DNA from: Octopus vulgaris
Lineage: Eukaryota
Assembly (NCBI GenBank): GCA_951406725.2
Contig: OX597819.1
Span: forward strand, 16,988,001-17,052,000
Length of the DNA stretch: 64,000 nucleotides
Reading direction: 5' to 3'
This document shows, piece by piece, positions 37,658 through 51,700 of the stretch. The stretch's first letter is position 1, and the number at the start of each line of letters is the position of its first letter. The notes beneath the pieces are model-generated. The model was not told the origin of the DNA. It was given only the letters and a program-made list of their open reading frames with translations, and ran no database searches. A program made the position numbers and the translations under genes.

Positions 37658-38555
37658 TCAGGTCATCCCATGAGTTCCGTCCGAATTTTGAATAAAGAAA
37701 ACAAGTGGTCAAATGTTATATTTAATTGAAATTTAATCATCAATGTACTTTCCCTGATTATCTATGACTTCCTTCAATCTATTTACAATCTTTTTAATCC
37801 CATCAATGTAAAACTCTTGCTTTCAAAGCGAAGAACTCTGAAATGTCAGTTTCGACTTCCTCGTGGCTTGCGAAAGTTATGTCCTTTAAATGCTTCTGTA
37901 AACTACGAAACAAATGGTAGTCTGAAGGAGCAAGGCCGGGAGAATAAGGTGGATGAGAAATTTTTTCCCAACCAAGCTCTTCGATCTTCTGTGATGATAT
38001 CTTTGCAGTGTGGGGTCGCGCATTGTTCTGATGAAACATCACTCCGCTTTGATTCACTAAAGCAGGTCCTTTTTTCTTCAAAACTTGGTTCAAGCGCTCT
38101 GATTACTGACAGTAGACTTGAGCAATGAATGTTGCTTAGGTGGTAACAATTCAAAGGGAATTACACCTTTGCAATCCCACCTGATAGAGAGAAGAACCTT
38201 TTTCCATGAACTTCCCTACTTGGTTGTAGTTGAGCTTTTCCCCTTTTGCCAATCCACTGTTTACGACGTTTAACATTTCAATAGAAGATCCATTTTTCGT
38301 CACCAGTCACAAGTCTATCCAAAAAGAGTGAAATGAGTTCCCGAGAATGGAGAGAAGAGCAATGCTCTTTGGATACTTCCATGTTAGAAATGGTTTTAAT
38401 CAAAGAAATTTCAATTCTATTATTCTGTAAAATAATATTTAATTAGTTTAAATGTACACAAAGACATAAAAATAATTTTAAACTCCATTAGACATTCTAA
38501 AATACTAATAAATTTCATTCAATATTAAAAAGGTAAAATCGGATAGAACTTATTT
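37658..38555 (-). mobile_element. mariner (DD34D-type) transposon relic, internally deleted
   Basis: FLDRLVTGDEKWIFY, FHQNNARPHTA and HPPYSPGLAPSDYHLFRSLQ. TA precedes the left TIR TCAGGTCATCCCATGAGTTCCGTCCGA, and the right TIR is partial. Confidence 0.9.
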
Positions 38556-39759
38556 AAGTTTTAGGATACATCTTAGAAATTGATTTTAGCTGAGGTTGAT
38601 TTCTAGGTTTTATAGCATTAGTTTTCATGCCCTCATGTATGCATGTATTTAAAAGTAAATATTTTTGTTGTCTATGTTTAGGACCTGTACTTTTGTTAAT
38701 ATGTAATATGATAGCTTTTCTCTCGATTGTTCATAAATTACAGGGTCATTAATTACTTTGCTTCGATAGATACGATGCTCTATTCTAGTTTGTGGTTGAG
38801 ACTGTAATTTTCTAAATCCTACATAAATGAGTCATTTCATTGCTTTCATTAGGGTTATTAAATGTATTGTTATTAAGGAGTAATTTAAAGTGTGAAAAAT
38901 ATGAGAAAGGATTATCAGCTTTCACGTTACATTTATAGTCTATATAACTACTGGGTACTTAGAATCGTGGCGGGGATATAACAGGGTTAATGCAATTGTA
39001 ATTTGGAGTAAGCTTAAAGTGAAACCAGTGATTAAGATAGTGTGGTAAATTCAATTGATACATGTTAGAAGTACAGGTTTCGGCGAAATTTGTTATGGTA
39101 GCATATGATATTTGAATGGTGTTCCTATTAAATGTGGTATATCTTATGTGACTGAATGAAGTCTATTTTAATAAATTAAAGAAAGACCTAGAACTCGCGT
39201 AGTTACAGCGAAGTTAAACGGGGCATTGCACTGAATGTTATTCTGTCTTTCTCTTTCCCTCTCTTTCTCTCTCCCTACACACACATACACACACACGTAC
39301 ATAAATACGCTTATATATGATGATCTTTCGAAAATTGTCCATTGGATATGACGAACAAACTAAGTAAATTACAACAATTGAAATTGAAAGATAATCAAAT
39401 AATAAGCAAGCATTATCAGCGATCAATAATAATGGTTCCCTAGTCTTATGTCGCGGTCATCTTAGCTTATTTTGATATTTCTATCTATCAAAATTATTAA
39501 ACTGTAGATTTTATGGCAAAATATTTGTTTCTGCCTTGAGCTGACGGACTGATGGTGCTGGGCCTCGCCTGGGGTTTCCAGACGTCTAGGGGGAGATTAC
39601 AAGATTCTCCTTCGATAGGACGCCCGTATTTTCTGGAGAAGTATCTTGTTCAAGAACACAGTGCGCCACCCGGTTCACTAATAGAACCGAAAATCTTACG
39701 AACGTGATTCTAATACCCTATACACAAATGTATACACGCGTGCGCACACACTCACACGC

Positions 39760-39812
<53 letters not shown>

Positions 39813-40639
39813 CGCACTCAGTTATACATACCGCACATAGGTACACATACACATGCGATGACAATTAGTGGGTTCGTTTCACTTTCAACCAGTACAGTTT
39901 ATTGCACTTTGCCATATTATATGTACAAATATCGAAAGATCGCATTGCGCCGCTCACACACGCACACACACACACACGTGTTCTTTTCCTGTATTTCTGT
40001 AACTGTAAGGTTTCTAAGAATATGTTTATACACGTGTCAGACTAATCGTGTATATATATATATCTGTGTATATATCTGTGCGTGTGTTTAAAAACAAACA
40101 TTATATACACATACATACGTACGCACATACGTACATACACACATACATACATACATACATAAATACGTATATATGTGTGTATATATATATATATATGTAT
40201 ATGGTGTATGTATGTATCTATCTATATATATATATATATATATATATAAACATATGTATCTATGTATGTGTGTAAATGTGTGCATGTATATGTTGCTTGT
40301 GTGTTATAGTAATCAGTGAAGTCGTAAACACTATAGATGAATAACTTTAATTAGCGTATCGTAAATTATGGTTAATTGCACTGTCGAACTGGGAGTGGTG
40401 TAGGGAGATGAGGGAGAGCAGGGAGAAGGAAAAGTCTAATTTGGAGGGGTGTGTCTTTACCTCTCTCTCTCTCTCTCTCTCTCTCCCTCTAAATATTCAT
40501 ATACATTTAAACGTACGTACACACCCACTCACACTACCAACTCATATATGTATGCATGCATGTATGTATGTATGTATGTATGTATGTATGTACGTACGTA
40601 TGTGTGCATGTATATGTTTGTATGTGTGTGTGTGTGTAG

Positions 40640-40671
<32 letters not shown>

Positions 40672-40672
40672 C

Positions 40673-40745
<73 letters not shown>

Positions 40746-41364
40746 GTATGCATATATATAAGTGCGTATGTGTATGCAAATACGTACACAAAATCTCTCC
40801 CCTTTCTCTCTTAATCACAAACACATAAGCACAGAAATACACACACGACACGCGCATGCTCAATATATGGGCCTTTGCTGTGTTTCATGAAGGTTAACCT
40901 TGTACCTGAAACGTGCTGTGATCAGCGAAGCAAAGACATTTTTTTTCTAATATCGGCGGTTTATCACGCCGGAAGTAATGTGACTTTCATTGTTAGACGT
41001 TTCATCTTCATGCAAGGAGCGAGCGGGTTATTATGGAAAATCCGCCCCTAGCATATTTTCAGTAGGATGTAGTAAACTGTTTACATGTTGCTGAAGGTAT
41101 TTAGCATATGAATAACCAACACACATCCGACGAACTCTCAATGCGACCGCGACGCAGTGGAGGAGACCACTATGTGGCCGCGTCAATTAACAGATTTAGT
41201 AATAGAAAGAGTAGCGAAATCTCCCTCCAATCTCTATCTATTGTGTGTGGAAATGATTAAAAAAGAAAAAAAAAGAAAAAACAAGCATGTCCTAGAATCT
41301 CCCCTTTCTCTCTTCACACTTTGTGTGTGTGTATAAAATATACATGTACACACACTCACACAGA

Positions 41365-41478
<114 letters not shown>

Positions 41479-41614
41479 GGTGTGTCTAGTGTTCAGCAGT
41501 ATTTCTTTCTTCCCTCCTTTCTTCCTTTCTTTCATTCTTTCTTTCCTTCATTCTTTCTTCCTTCATTCTTTCTTTCTTCCCTCCTTTCTTTCTTTCTTTC
41601 ATTCATTCTTTCAT

Positions 41615-41646
<32 letters not shown>

Positions 41647-41895
41647 TCGAAATTTCTTTCTTAGCGAAATTTGAAGATCTATTCCACCTTTATACGAGCG
41701 ATCAAGGAAGCCATACCATCACTGCGTCTGACTAATCTTTCTATATTTTAATATATAATTCTGTACACTACCAAGAACTTCATATACAAACTTTGGCAAG
41801 TAGAGTCGGAATCAATGATGTTGCTTCTCAATTAAAAAAGATTTTAATATGTGTACATCAGGTAGTGCGTGTGTATGTATGTGTGTTTGTATGTA

Positions 41896-41946
<51 letters not shown>

Positions 41947-41955
41947 ATGTATACT

Positions 41956-42145
41956 TGTACCTGTATTTCAAAGGGCCGGCCTTGTCACTCTCTGTGTCAC
42001 GCTGAATATCCCCGAGAACTACGTTAAGGGTACACGTGTCTGTGGAGTGCTCAGCCGCTTACACGTTAATTTCACGAACAGGCTGTTCCGTTGATCGGAT
42101 CAACCGGAACCCTCATCGTCGTAACCGACAGAGTGCTTCCACATC
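41956..42145 (+). mobile_element. SINE family 3, 3' half
   Basis: Reverse complement of 31605-31790. Confidence 0.85.
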
Positions 42146-42280
42146 TATACTGTTCGTTTCGTAAGGCACAACTTTTCATTTAAACATTATATTGAAAACC
42201 CATAACTATTGTTTTCTAATCATATTTATAAAAGATTTTTTATTATCTCCAGCTTAGTCCTTTATGGGAATCGCTTAAGC

Positions 42281-42536
42281 CAGTCATTCTCCATCAATTT
42301 TGGCTAATGCAACCCCTTGATTCTGAATTTAACATACTGGACCCTATAACCATTCAATGCAGATAAAAAAAGATCCTACTAGATTTTAAAAATTTAATAT
42401 TATTAGGAATTAAAAAAAAAACTCAAAAATTGTGTATTGTAGAGGTATAAGCAATTAATTACACATAAATTTTAAGAACAAAATCTTTTATGGCCCCACC
42501 CCCAGAACCCGTATGGACTCCAATTGAGAATCACTG
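42281..42536. mobile_element. hAT-superfamily MITE
   Basis: TIRs CAGTCATTCTC / GAGAATCACTG and 8-bp TSD GCTTAAGC / GCTTAAGT. Confidence 0.75.
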
Positions 42537-42661
42537 GCTTAAGTGAACAGAAATACTGAATATCGTTGTGAATTTCAATGCTGAAATGAGACTCATCGAA
42601 TGCGTTGTTGCTCTGGAGTTTCCCCCGTTGTATTGCCGGTTCTTCAGAGGAATGATCTGTA

Positions 42662-42663
42662 TT

Positions 42664-42719
<56 letters not shown>

Positions 42720-42723
42720 TCCT

Positions 42724-42804
<81 letters not shown>

Positions 42805-42820
42805 ATTCCTTCCTTCCTTC

Positions 42821-42861
<41 letters not shown>

Positions 42862-42872
42862 CTCCTGTCTTC

Positions 42873-42921
<49 letters not shown>

Positions 42922-43063
42922 CTCCTTTCTTCCTTTCTTTCATTCTTTCTTTCCTTCATTCTTTCTTCCTTCCTTCCCTCCTTTCTTTCTTTCTTCCTTC
43001 CTTTCGTTCTTTCTTTCTTTCTTTCTTACCTCCTTTCTTTCTTCTTTTCTTTCTTTCTTCTTT

Positions 43064-43097
<34 letters not shown>

Positions 43098-43136
43098 TTT
43101 CTTTCTTTCTTTCTTTCTTTCTTCCCTCCCTCCCTC

Positions 43137-43173
<37 letters not shown>

Positions 43174-43259
43174 CTCCTTTCTTCCTTTCTTTCATTCTTT
43201 CTTTCCTTCATTCTTTCTTCCTTCCCTCCTTTCTTTCTTTCTTCCCTCCTTTCTTTCAT

Positions 43260-43307
<48 letters not shown>

Positions 43308-43340
43308 TCGTTCTTTCTTTCTTTCTGTTCTTTCTTTCAT

Positions 43341-43396
<56 letters not shown>

Positions 43397-43400
43397 TCGT
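42662..43400. repeat. Long degenerate (CTTT)n polypyrimidine tract
   Basis: Seen directly. A similar shorter tract lies at 41503-41661. Confidence 0.95.
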
Positions 43401-43782
43401 CTCCCTCCCTCCCCTTCTTTCTCGCCACCTCTCTCTCTCTATATATATATATGATAAAAAGACTGAGATTCTAAGATTCTTAGTTGTTAAATATATTTTC
43501 TAAACTAATAAATGTAATTCTTAATTAGTAATTTCTTTTAATTTAACATTTTAATTAAATCCTTGGAAATCTAATCCATCAATAGCTACATTATATTGAT
43601 ATTTTTAAATGAATCTCTTTGCGAGGGGAGAGAGAGAGAGAGAAGGAGAGAGAGGTGGAGGAAAAAGAAGGTGGGTTTAAATTATATAGCTACCTACGGT
43701 GTTGAATGATTAACAATAATAAATGCGATATCGGAATGACCTACGTGAAAATTTGTACAGACAGACAGCAGCAGCAGTACTT

Positions 43783-43824
<42 letters not shown>

Positions 43825-44034
43825 ATTATCAGCAGTGGTTGTTTAGTCAATGGTCAGTTATCACATTCCTCTTCTTTTTTTATGTAATCTCCCAGAAGCA
43901 AATCGAAAATTGTCCTTGCAATGTCCCCCTTATTGGTACCTCTGTGGCGAAGAAATGAAACCATCATTGTCCCCCTCTCCTCCTCCTCCTCCTCCTCCTC
44001 CTCCTCCTCCTCCTCCTCCTCCTCCTCCTCCTCA

Positions 44035-45022
44035 TTTTAATGTTTTCTTTGCTCAGCCTCTAACGCGCTGGAAATGTATTCCAATGTTAGCTGTTTATTA
44101 CCAGTGAAATGAGGTTACAGCTCTTATTTTTCAAGTACCCCGCGGAGTATTAGAGCTGTTCTAAACAGTACTGCTTTCTGCAAGTACTCCACTCATATTG
44201 CAATTCCTATTTATTTGTTCAATGTATTTCTAACGATCTTTACTTACCGTTCCTAACGCTCCGACAGTTATTAGTGTTACTACCACATTTTTCAGCGACC
44301 ACTTCTTATCCTTTCAAGCTAACCAGTCATATTTGTCGACATTGTTTTCTTCTTTGTCACAAATCTTCTGGTTAGCTGGACATAATATATCTATGATTCA
44401 GAATTGTTTGCTTTCTTTCTCAATTATCGCTATATCTGGTTTTCTGTTCCCTGGGAAGCACTCCGTCGGTTACGACGACGAGGGTTCCGGTTGATCCGAT
44501 CAACGGAACAGCCTGCTCGTGAAATTAGCGTGTAAGTGGCTGAGCATTCCACAGACACGTGTACCCTTAACGTAGTTCTCGGGGATATTCAGCGTGACAC
44601 AGAGAGTGACAAGGCCGGCCCTTTGAAATACAGGTACAACAGAAATAGGTACTAAGAGTGAGAGAAAGTTGTGGTGAAAGAGTACAGCAGGGATCACCAC
44701 CATCCCTGCCGGAGCCTCGTGGAGCTTTAGGTGTTTTCGCTCAATAAACACTCACAACGCTCGGTCTGGGAATCGAAACCGCGATCCTACGACTGCGAGT
44801 CCGCTGCCCTAACCACTGGGCCATTGCGCCTCCACTTTCTGTTCCCTATCTCATGGTCATACTGAAACATGAAATTCCACAGAATCTTTGCATTTTCATT
44901 TTCGATAATGCCTTCGCGTTTATATTCCTATCACTTTTCCACGCTGCTAAGTCCATAACTGTTGCAAATTCAATGAACTATCTTTGCTATGACGTCATGT
45001 CACCTCTTATATTCTTTCTGAG
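44035..45022 (-). mobile_element. R4/Dong-clade LINE 3' fragment interrupted by a SINE
   Basis: ENENAKILWNF..HEIGNRKPDI, VGALGTVSK and LQKAVLFRTALILRGVLEK*. The 3' end runs into (GAG)n. Confidence 0.8.
44453..44835 (-). mobile_element. SINE family 3, full length, 12-bp TSD
   Basis: Near-identical to 31598-31985. TSD TTTCTGTTCCCT at 44441-44452 and 44836-44847. Confidence 0.9.
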
Positions 45023-45024
45023 TT

Positions 45025-47940
45025 AGTGGTGTATATTAGTTGGTAATATGCTATTTTCTATGTTATATATACTTGCTAGTCCTGGTGTTTTTGTTATGTG
45101 TTTGTCTGAATATATTTTTATCACACCTAATGCACCTTACTATGATAGGAATTGTTTAAGATTTTAGGCTCCACATTCGAGTTACCTCTATTTTCAGATC
45201 TTTTTATTTTGAAAGTTTCTTCGTTTCTTTGAGAGAAACATTGTCATCTGCTGGTATTGATGCATCGCTTACAAAGCAATTTTTCTTGGTGCTCTCTCAC
45301 AACTCTATCCGTCCTATTGGCCTTAATTTCTTTGTCTGTGTATATTGGCATAGCCAATAGTATGGTTGCTTTCTCATTTTCTGTGACCTTTTCTGGCGTG
45401 TGCCTATACCATTTTTTCTATTGTTATTCCATTGTGTTGACATAGCTTCTAGTGTATATAGGTCCCAACTCTGTCGCATCTGTGAATATATTCTTTCTTA
45501 GCCTCGACTGGTAAGCCAGAGACAACATGATTTGTTTACTCTCCATCTCCATATATTCTGCAGTTACTTGTTGCAATTCTTTTCATTACATGTTTTTGGT
45601 AATTTCTGGTGGGAAGGCTTTGATCTTGTTTTGCAGTTAAAGGTCCTTCAATCTCTACTTTGAGTCCTGAGCTTCTCAGCCATTGTTGGGATTTTGCTTT
45701 GTCTATTTCCTTTTTGTTTAGTTTAACCTAGTATTTGCCATGAAGGGGCTTTTCGTGCCATCATTTTATCATGATCTTAAGTTAAGTTAAGTTAATTTTT
45801 TGGCTCAAAAAGCAAAAGCAAGGCCATGTAGAGGGACATGGAGTTATGTACAGGGAGGGTGTTCATGCAAAGAGTTCAGGCCATTTCTGGTCAAGATCTG
45901 ATGCTGTTCTAGTTTTAGTTTGGATTTCAGTTGTTTTACAGCTTTTGATGTTTCTTCTTTTTCTTCATAGTTGTTAGGTTTTATGATTTCATTTTTGTAT
46001 TTGTCAGCTTCCTTAAAGACTGAAGACAGTTTTTTGTTTTGTTCGTGTTTTGTGGCTATTTGTATTAGTTTTCCTTGCTTCTGAAGTAGACATTTTTGTA
46101 GTCATATGGTTGCTATTTTATAGTAGTTTTATAGCTGTATAAGTCCTCTAACAGCTTCTAAACGTTGTATATATAACCTTTCTATGTCCGATTTTGAGTA
46201 GTGCATCCTAAATCCTGTCATTATTTTTCTTGTTTCCCTGTCTATTTTGATTAGTTCATTTAGAATCCAATTAAGAATATTGCAGTTGTAACTTACACCT
46301 GGGACGGCTTGAGTGATGATACATATTATCTTGTTTTTCGCATTGAGTTCTGTTTTCAGAGCTCAATCTAACTCGTCTATAGTATTCTGTTTTTAAATTT
46401 TCCTCTTTCATTTGTGTGTGTTGTATCGTATCTAGTTCATCGATTCCTAAGTTTTTGTATGTCTTGCTTTGATCTAATTCTCTTATTTCATTTGCTTTAT
46501 CTTGTGTGATGTTGCTACTCTTAACTAGTTTTCCTCTTTTCAATGTTGCTTTGGCACATTTTTCTAAGCCAAATTTCATATTTATTTCTTTGGTAAATCC
46601 ATGTAATAGCTATAGTAACGTTTCCAGCTGTTTATCATGTGTAGTATACAGTTTTAGCTCATCCAAATATAAGGAGTGGCTGATTGTTTCGTCGTAACAG
46701 TTGTATCCACATCCAGTTCTGTTTAGCATGTCAGATAAAGATGTCAGTGCCAAGCAGAAAAGGAGTGGAGAGAGCCTGTCTCCCTGGAATATTCTTCTTC
46801 TAATGGGAATGGCTTTGCTTTTTATGACTCCCTCTTTTGTCTGGAGCTGTAGAATTTTCTGCCATTTATGCATGGAATGTTTTATATATTTTATGATTAT
46901 TGGTGCTACCTTGTTCATGGCTAGTGTTTCTAGGTTCCATGTGTGGGGAATACTATCAAAAGCCTTTCGGTAATCGATCCAGGCCATACTTAGATCCTTC
47001 TTATTTCTGCGGCTCTCTTCAGTTATAGCTTTACGGATCAGTAGTTGATCTTTACAGCCGTATGAGCCCTTGCAGTACCCCTTCTGCTCTTCAAGCTGTT
47101 TGCTCATTCTCTGGGATATTATTGCAGTAAAGGCTTTATAGATTGTAGGGTGACAAGTTATCGGTCTGTAATTTTATGGATTTGCCGTTTAGGATAGCTT
47201 TCCCTTCCATGAGCCATTCAGGCATTGTCTCTAACTCTGCTAGTATTTCATTAAATTTCTCAGCCAGCCTTTAAGTGTTCTTGTTAGGTATTTTAACCAG
47301 CAGTTGGAGATCTTGTCGTGTCCGGGTGCCTTCCAGCTGCTTAGTTTTTGCGGTGCCTGGGTGACCTCTTCAGTTGTTCTAGGGATCCAGAATTGTTCAG
47401 GTGTTGTGTTCGTTGTTTTGATAGATCTTTTCCGACCATATTTCTCTATTTTATTTTTACCAAGTTCTTGGTAGAATCATTTGGGGTTGGAGTTCAACAA
47501 CTTGTTTTGTTCAGAGAAACGTTGGCTTTTCTCTTTGTGCTTTGGCGAGGATATCTTGCTTTAGCTGTTTACCCCAGGTATACCTTGCTCTGTAATTTTG
47601 TATTTATGTAGTATTTTTCTTCTCTTCTTGTTGTTTAGCAGTGTTGATTGTCTACTGGTTTCAATTAAGGATTGACAGATCCTTTCTCTTATTTTCTATT
47701 TTTTCTGGATATTATTTATCCATAGCGTTTGTTTGGGTAGTGATGCTCCTGTTTGGATGGGTTTTAGGGGGTATCCAGCTTCTTTTGTGCATATATTATA
47801 TCATTTAGCCTGGTCATATTGACATTTGTTTCTGTGGCTATTAGTTCTGTGACGGCCAGGTTCATGCTATTTATTATTGATGGTGCTTTATTATAAATTT
47901 CAATTTTCATCTTCACTGTTTCCAGGTTTTAGATTTGTTT
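45025..47940 (-). mobile_element. R4/Dong-clade LINE, reverse transcriptase plus RLE pseudogene
   Basis: EEQKG..GSYGCKDQLLI, AWIDYRKAFDSIPH, IFQGDRLSPLLFCLAL, ISHSLYLDELKLY, MKFGLEKCA and WYRHTPEKVTENEKATIL. Many stops and frameshifts. Confidence 0.9.
45778..45894 (-). mobile_element. Short retroposon 3' end nested in the LINE
   Basis: 117-bp insert with a (TTAAC)n tail on the minus strand and GATCT duplication (45773-45777, 45895-45899). Confidence 0.6.
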
Positions 47941-47950
47941 CGTATTCCCT

Positions 47951-47988
<38 letters not shown>

Positions 47989-47989
47989 T

Positions 47990-48155
47990 CATCATAGACG
48001 TCGCACGGTATACAATATCGTGAGGTTGTTGATTGAAGATATTGTGTCTGTTGGGGGTTTGTACTGTTTGTCAAGTCACAACAAGAATCTCAGACAGACA
48101 GTACTTTACTCAATATGCGTAGTTACAAGTAATGCCGACTTTTGCAATAAATCTT
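47990..48155 (-). mobile_element. R4/Dong LINE extreme 3' end
   Basis: DLLQKSALLVTTHI..KVLSV* followed by UTR and (TAG)n. Confidence 0.65.
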
Positions 48156-48176
48156 TTATTATTATCATTATTATTA

Positions 48177-48253
<77 letters not shown>

Positions 48254-48255
48254 TT

Positions 48256-48645
48256 CTGATTGAATTGCATCTTAATTCATCTTCTGACCGAGTCTCAACC
48301 AGAGACCTAAGGCGCATATATATTAGACAGAGAGAAACTTCCTGGGAATGTGTTCGGGTGATGTCAACACAATTTTTTGAGTTTCATAGATTGTTGGTTA
48401 CCCAAGGATCTAATCAAAAAATTTGTCATTATCTTTCTTGATCATTCCTAGGGCACCTACAGCAACAGAGATGGTTTTCGCTTTTAATTACCACGACCTA
48501 GATATCTCAATCCCAAAGTCCTTATATTTCGACAGTTTTTCAAATTTTTTTGCTGAGCTGTTTGTATCAGTATGTACTGCCATGTCAATTAACAGGCATG
48601 TTTTTTTTGTTTTCGATCTTTGATGACAATATCTGGTCTGTTATT
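48256..48645 (-). mobile_element. R4/Dong LINE 3' fragment
   Basis: NNRPDIVIKD..CLLIDMAV..FEKLSKYKDFGIEISR..VAVGALGMIKK, ending in (TAA)n at 48156-48253. Confidence 0.8.
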
Positions 48646-48974
48646 CTCTCCCTCAGTGACTGGCTCTGGATGACGTTGATACCAGTTCATACCAGTTCTT
48701 AACCTCTCCCCTGAAATTATTGGTCTGGTTTCAGTCAAATACCGGGCTTATAAAACTACCAATCAAATGCTGAGGCGACTTGTCTTCGCTCAAAATTGCT
48801 GCCTTACGCGAAAATTAGAAAATAAACTTATTATTATAAATTATATAATTTGTTATTTTACTTCAGTTTATTCCCAGCGCTATTCAGGGATTATATGAGG
48901 AAGAGTTCAACCAGTATATCTGTTCGGAGTTTAAAGAGCCAGGTGGGGGGGCCAGTGAATATTTTTCAGCCCCC

Positions 48975-49138
48975 TTCGTCTGTCTTTATGCTCTGAGTTC
49001 ACATTCCGCAGAGGTCGACTTTGCCTTTCATCCTTTCGGGGTCGATAAATTAAGTTCCAGTTGCGTACTAGGGTCGGTCTAATCGGCTAGCCCCCTCTCA
49101 CCAAATTTCGGGCCCTGTACCTAGAGTAGAAAAGAATA
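48975..49138 (+). mobile_element. SINE family 2 fragment
   Basis: GAGGTCGACTTTGCCTTTCATCCTTTCGGGGTCGATAAATTAAG core. Confidence 0.75.
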
Positions 49139-49991
49139 TCTTTCAGCCCTTTCCTCAAAAACAGTCTCTTTTCATTTTATTATTTTGCAAAGGTTAACAA
49201 ACATATTGCCTCTTCAGTTACTTGCCTGGCGTATTTTCCCTATAGAACGAACAATTCATCCCATCATGTGAATCAATAACTGATAACACCTATCGACGAG
49301 GTGGTCAGCTATGTCCTATTTCGGACATTACGACTGTTTTTAACCCTGTATATTCAACTGAAATTTAAATCGATCAAGCATTCAAATTCAACCGAATTAA
49401 ATCCTTCTTAAAGCCCTCCTACACAAACTTAGTTTGTTACTTTCGAAATTAAACACTGCATAGAAACCACCCATTAGATGACTATAATTTAGACTCATTA
49501 ATTACATTTAATTATTAAGTTTCATCTCAAAGTGGAAAGATAGAGAGGTCGATACGTTTTAATTACACCATAAATTACTTTATTATTGCAGGTGAACATT
49601 AGGATCAAAATAACCTGATTTTTCCTGGAAAATGCCATCATTATTTAAATCGTAAAAAAGTAATAATAACTGATGCATTTCATTTCCATTTTAGTTTTTC
49701 TATTTTCAAAAGCTATATTGTCTCAGCGAAAATTTAGACAAACAGTGAAGAAATCTTGTGTCTGGATGTTTGATATGTGAAACAACGAGATCATATGAAC
49801 AGCGAACGATCAAACCTTGGATTTATAGTACTGTGCTCTATCATTTCTATGATTAGAGAATTTTAAAGCTCAAAATTTATAAACACACACACACACGCAT
49901 CGCTTAGACATTGCGAGACTAATAACCTGGTGGAGAACTCAATATACGTATGTTTCAGAACGAAGTGTTAGCTGTTACAGAGCAGTAATAA

Positions 49992-50387
49992 TACTCTAAG
50001 CACAAGGCCCGACATTTTTGGGGAGGTGGGGGGAGGGCAGTCGATCAGATCGACTGCAGTATGCAGCTGGTACTTAATTTATCGACCCCGAAAGGATGAA
50101 AGTACAGTCGACCTCGGCGGAATTTGAACTCAGAACGTAACGGCAAACGAAATACCTATTTCTTTACTACCCACAAGGGGCTAAACACAGAGAGGACAAA
50201 CAAGGACAGAGAAACGGATTAAGTCGATTATATCGACCCAGTGCGTAACTGGTACTTATTTAATCGATCCCGAAAAGATGAAAGGCAAAGTCGACCTCGG
50301 CGGAATTTGAACTCAGAACGTATTGGCAGACGAAATACCGCTAAGCATTTCGCCCGGCGTGCTAACGATTCTGCCAGCCCGCCGCCT
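49992..50387 (-). mobile_element. tRNA-derived SINE family 2, dimeric form
   Basis: Head GGCGGCGGGCTGGCAGAATCGTTAG..GAGTTCAAATTCC with a duplicated central domain. Same layout as 58500-58896. Confidence 0.85.
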
Positions 50388-50441
50388 TCTAAGAAAAAGA
50401 AATGACAAAAGAATAAACAGTTATGTTATGAACTTCATTAG

Positions 50442-50750
50442 CTTACAGCTGTTTGTGCTTTTAAGATGCAGTGGACTCAGAGCTGAGTGCCTGAATAACA
50501 CTTTTTATCTTCATCGGTGTCTCGAATATGAAGTGCAATTTATTTGGGAAAGAACTACATCTGTGCTTATATAGGGAACGGCATCGACAATTTGTTCTCG
50601 CAAGACTTTGCCATTGCTGGTAAACTGGGATAGCGGCTGAATGGTTCGCATTTGTGTTGTGGTGGGAACCATATCTGAAGATCTTCTTTGTAGCAAGACA
50701 ATTGCCGTGGCATGGTTCAGTTGTGCTGTAGCAGATTCCAGCCAATCAGA
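50442..50750 (-). promoter_or_regulatory. Candidate Pol II promoter and short first exon
   Basis: Non-repetitive island with CCAAT box (50742-50746), TATATAA on minus (50567-50573) and GTAAG donor (50446-50442). Motif spacing only. Confidence 0.25.
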
Positions 50751-50867
50751 GCTGGAGGCGTATGAATGAAACGGCAGTGATCTACCTTTGCAGCAGAACT
50801 CACTACACAAACACACACGCATTCATTGATGCGCGCACACACACAAAAACATATTTATGTACGTCTT

Positions 50868-51205
50868 TTATCTTTTACTAGTTTCAGTTATTGGACTGCG
50901 TCATGCTGGAGCACCGCCTTGAGGAATTTTAGTCGAACAAATTGACACCTGTACTCATTATGTTTTTGTAAAGCCCGATTTTCTTTTGCCGAACCGCTAA
51001 GTTACGGGGACGTAAACACACTAAGCAGTGGCGGGGGTGGGTGGAGGGTGGGGACAAACACTGACACAAAGACACACACACTCATATAAATATACGACGG
51101 GCATCTTTCAGCTTTTGTCTAACAAATCCACTCTCAAGGCTTTGGCTGGCCTGAACCCGGAACCATTTGGTTGGGAAGTAAACTTTTTGCCATACAGCCA
51201 CAGCT
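50868..51205 (-). mobile_element. SINE family 1, degenerate
   Basis: Aligns to 15868-16319 with deletions. Confidence 0.75.
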
Positions 51206-51655
51206 GTGTACATATCCAAATCGTCAACATGCGTACATGTATACATACACAAACATAATCACACAAGAGATATGTACACGCACACACATACACATGCGCA
51301 TGTGTAAAGTTATAAAATACAATCTCTCTACACCTTTCTCTCTCTCTCGCGCTCAGACAGTTTTTGGCATCAGACAAAAGAGAGTTATCGTCATGTTTGG
51401 GGCCTAAGGTTTAGAGATAGTGAGGGGAACAGGAAGAGGATTTGCGGATAAGGCAGGGAGGGAAGAGGATGTAATGAAGATGAAGGAAGGGAGTGATGAT
51501 AAAGGAGCTGAAAGTGGGTATTAGAAGGGTGGCTGAGGAAGAACTGCTGTTGTTAGATCTCAGATGTTAAACAGAACAGCCAAGACACGACGGCGGCTTG
51601 AAGACTAGACACAAGGAAATAAACTCACGCGCACACACACACACGCACACGCACA

Positions 51656-51700
<45 letters not shown>

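Noticed and set aside
42568-43503. 311-aa and 284-aa membrane-like ORFs
   Set aside because: (CTTT)n lacks stop codons, so these are not protein-like.
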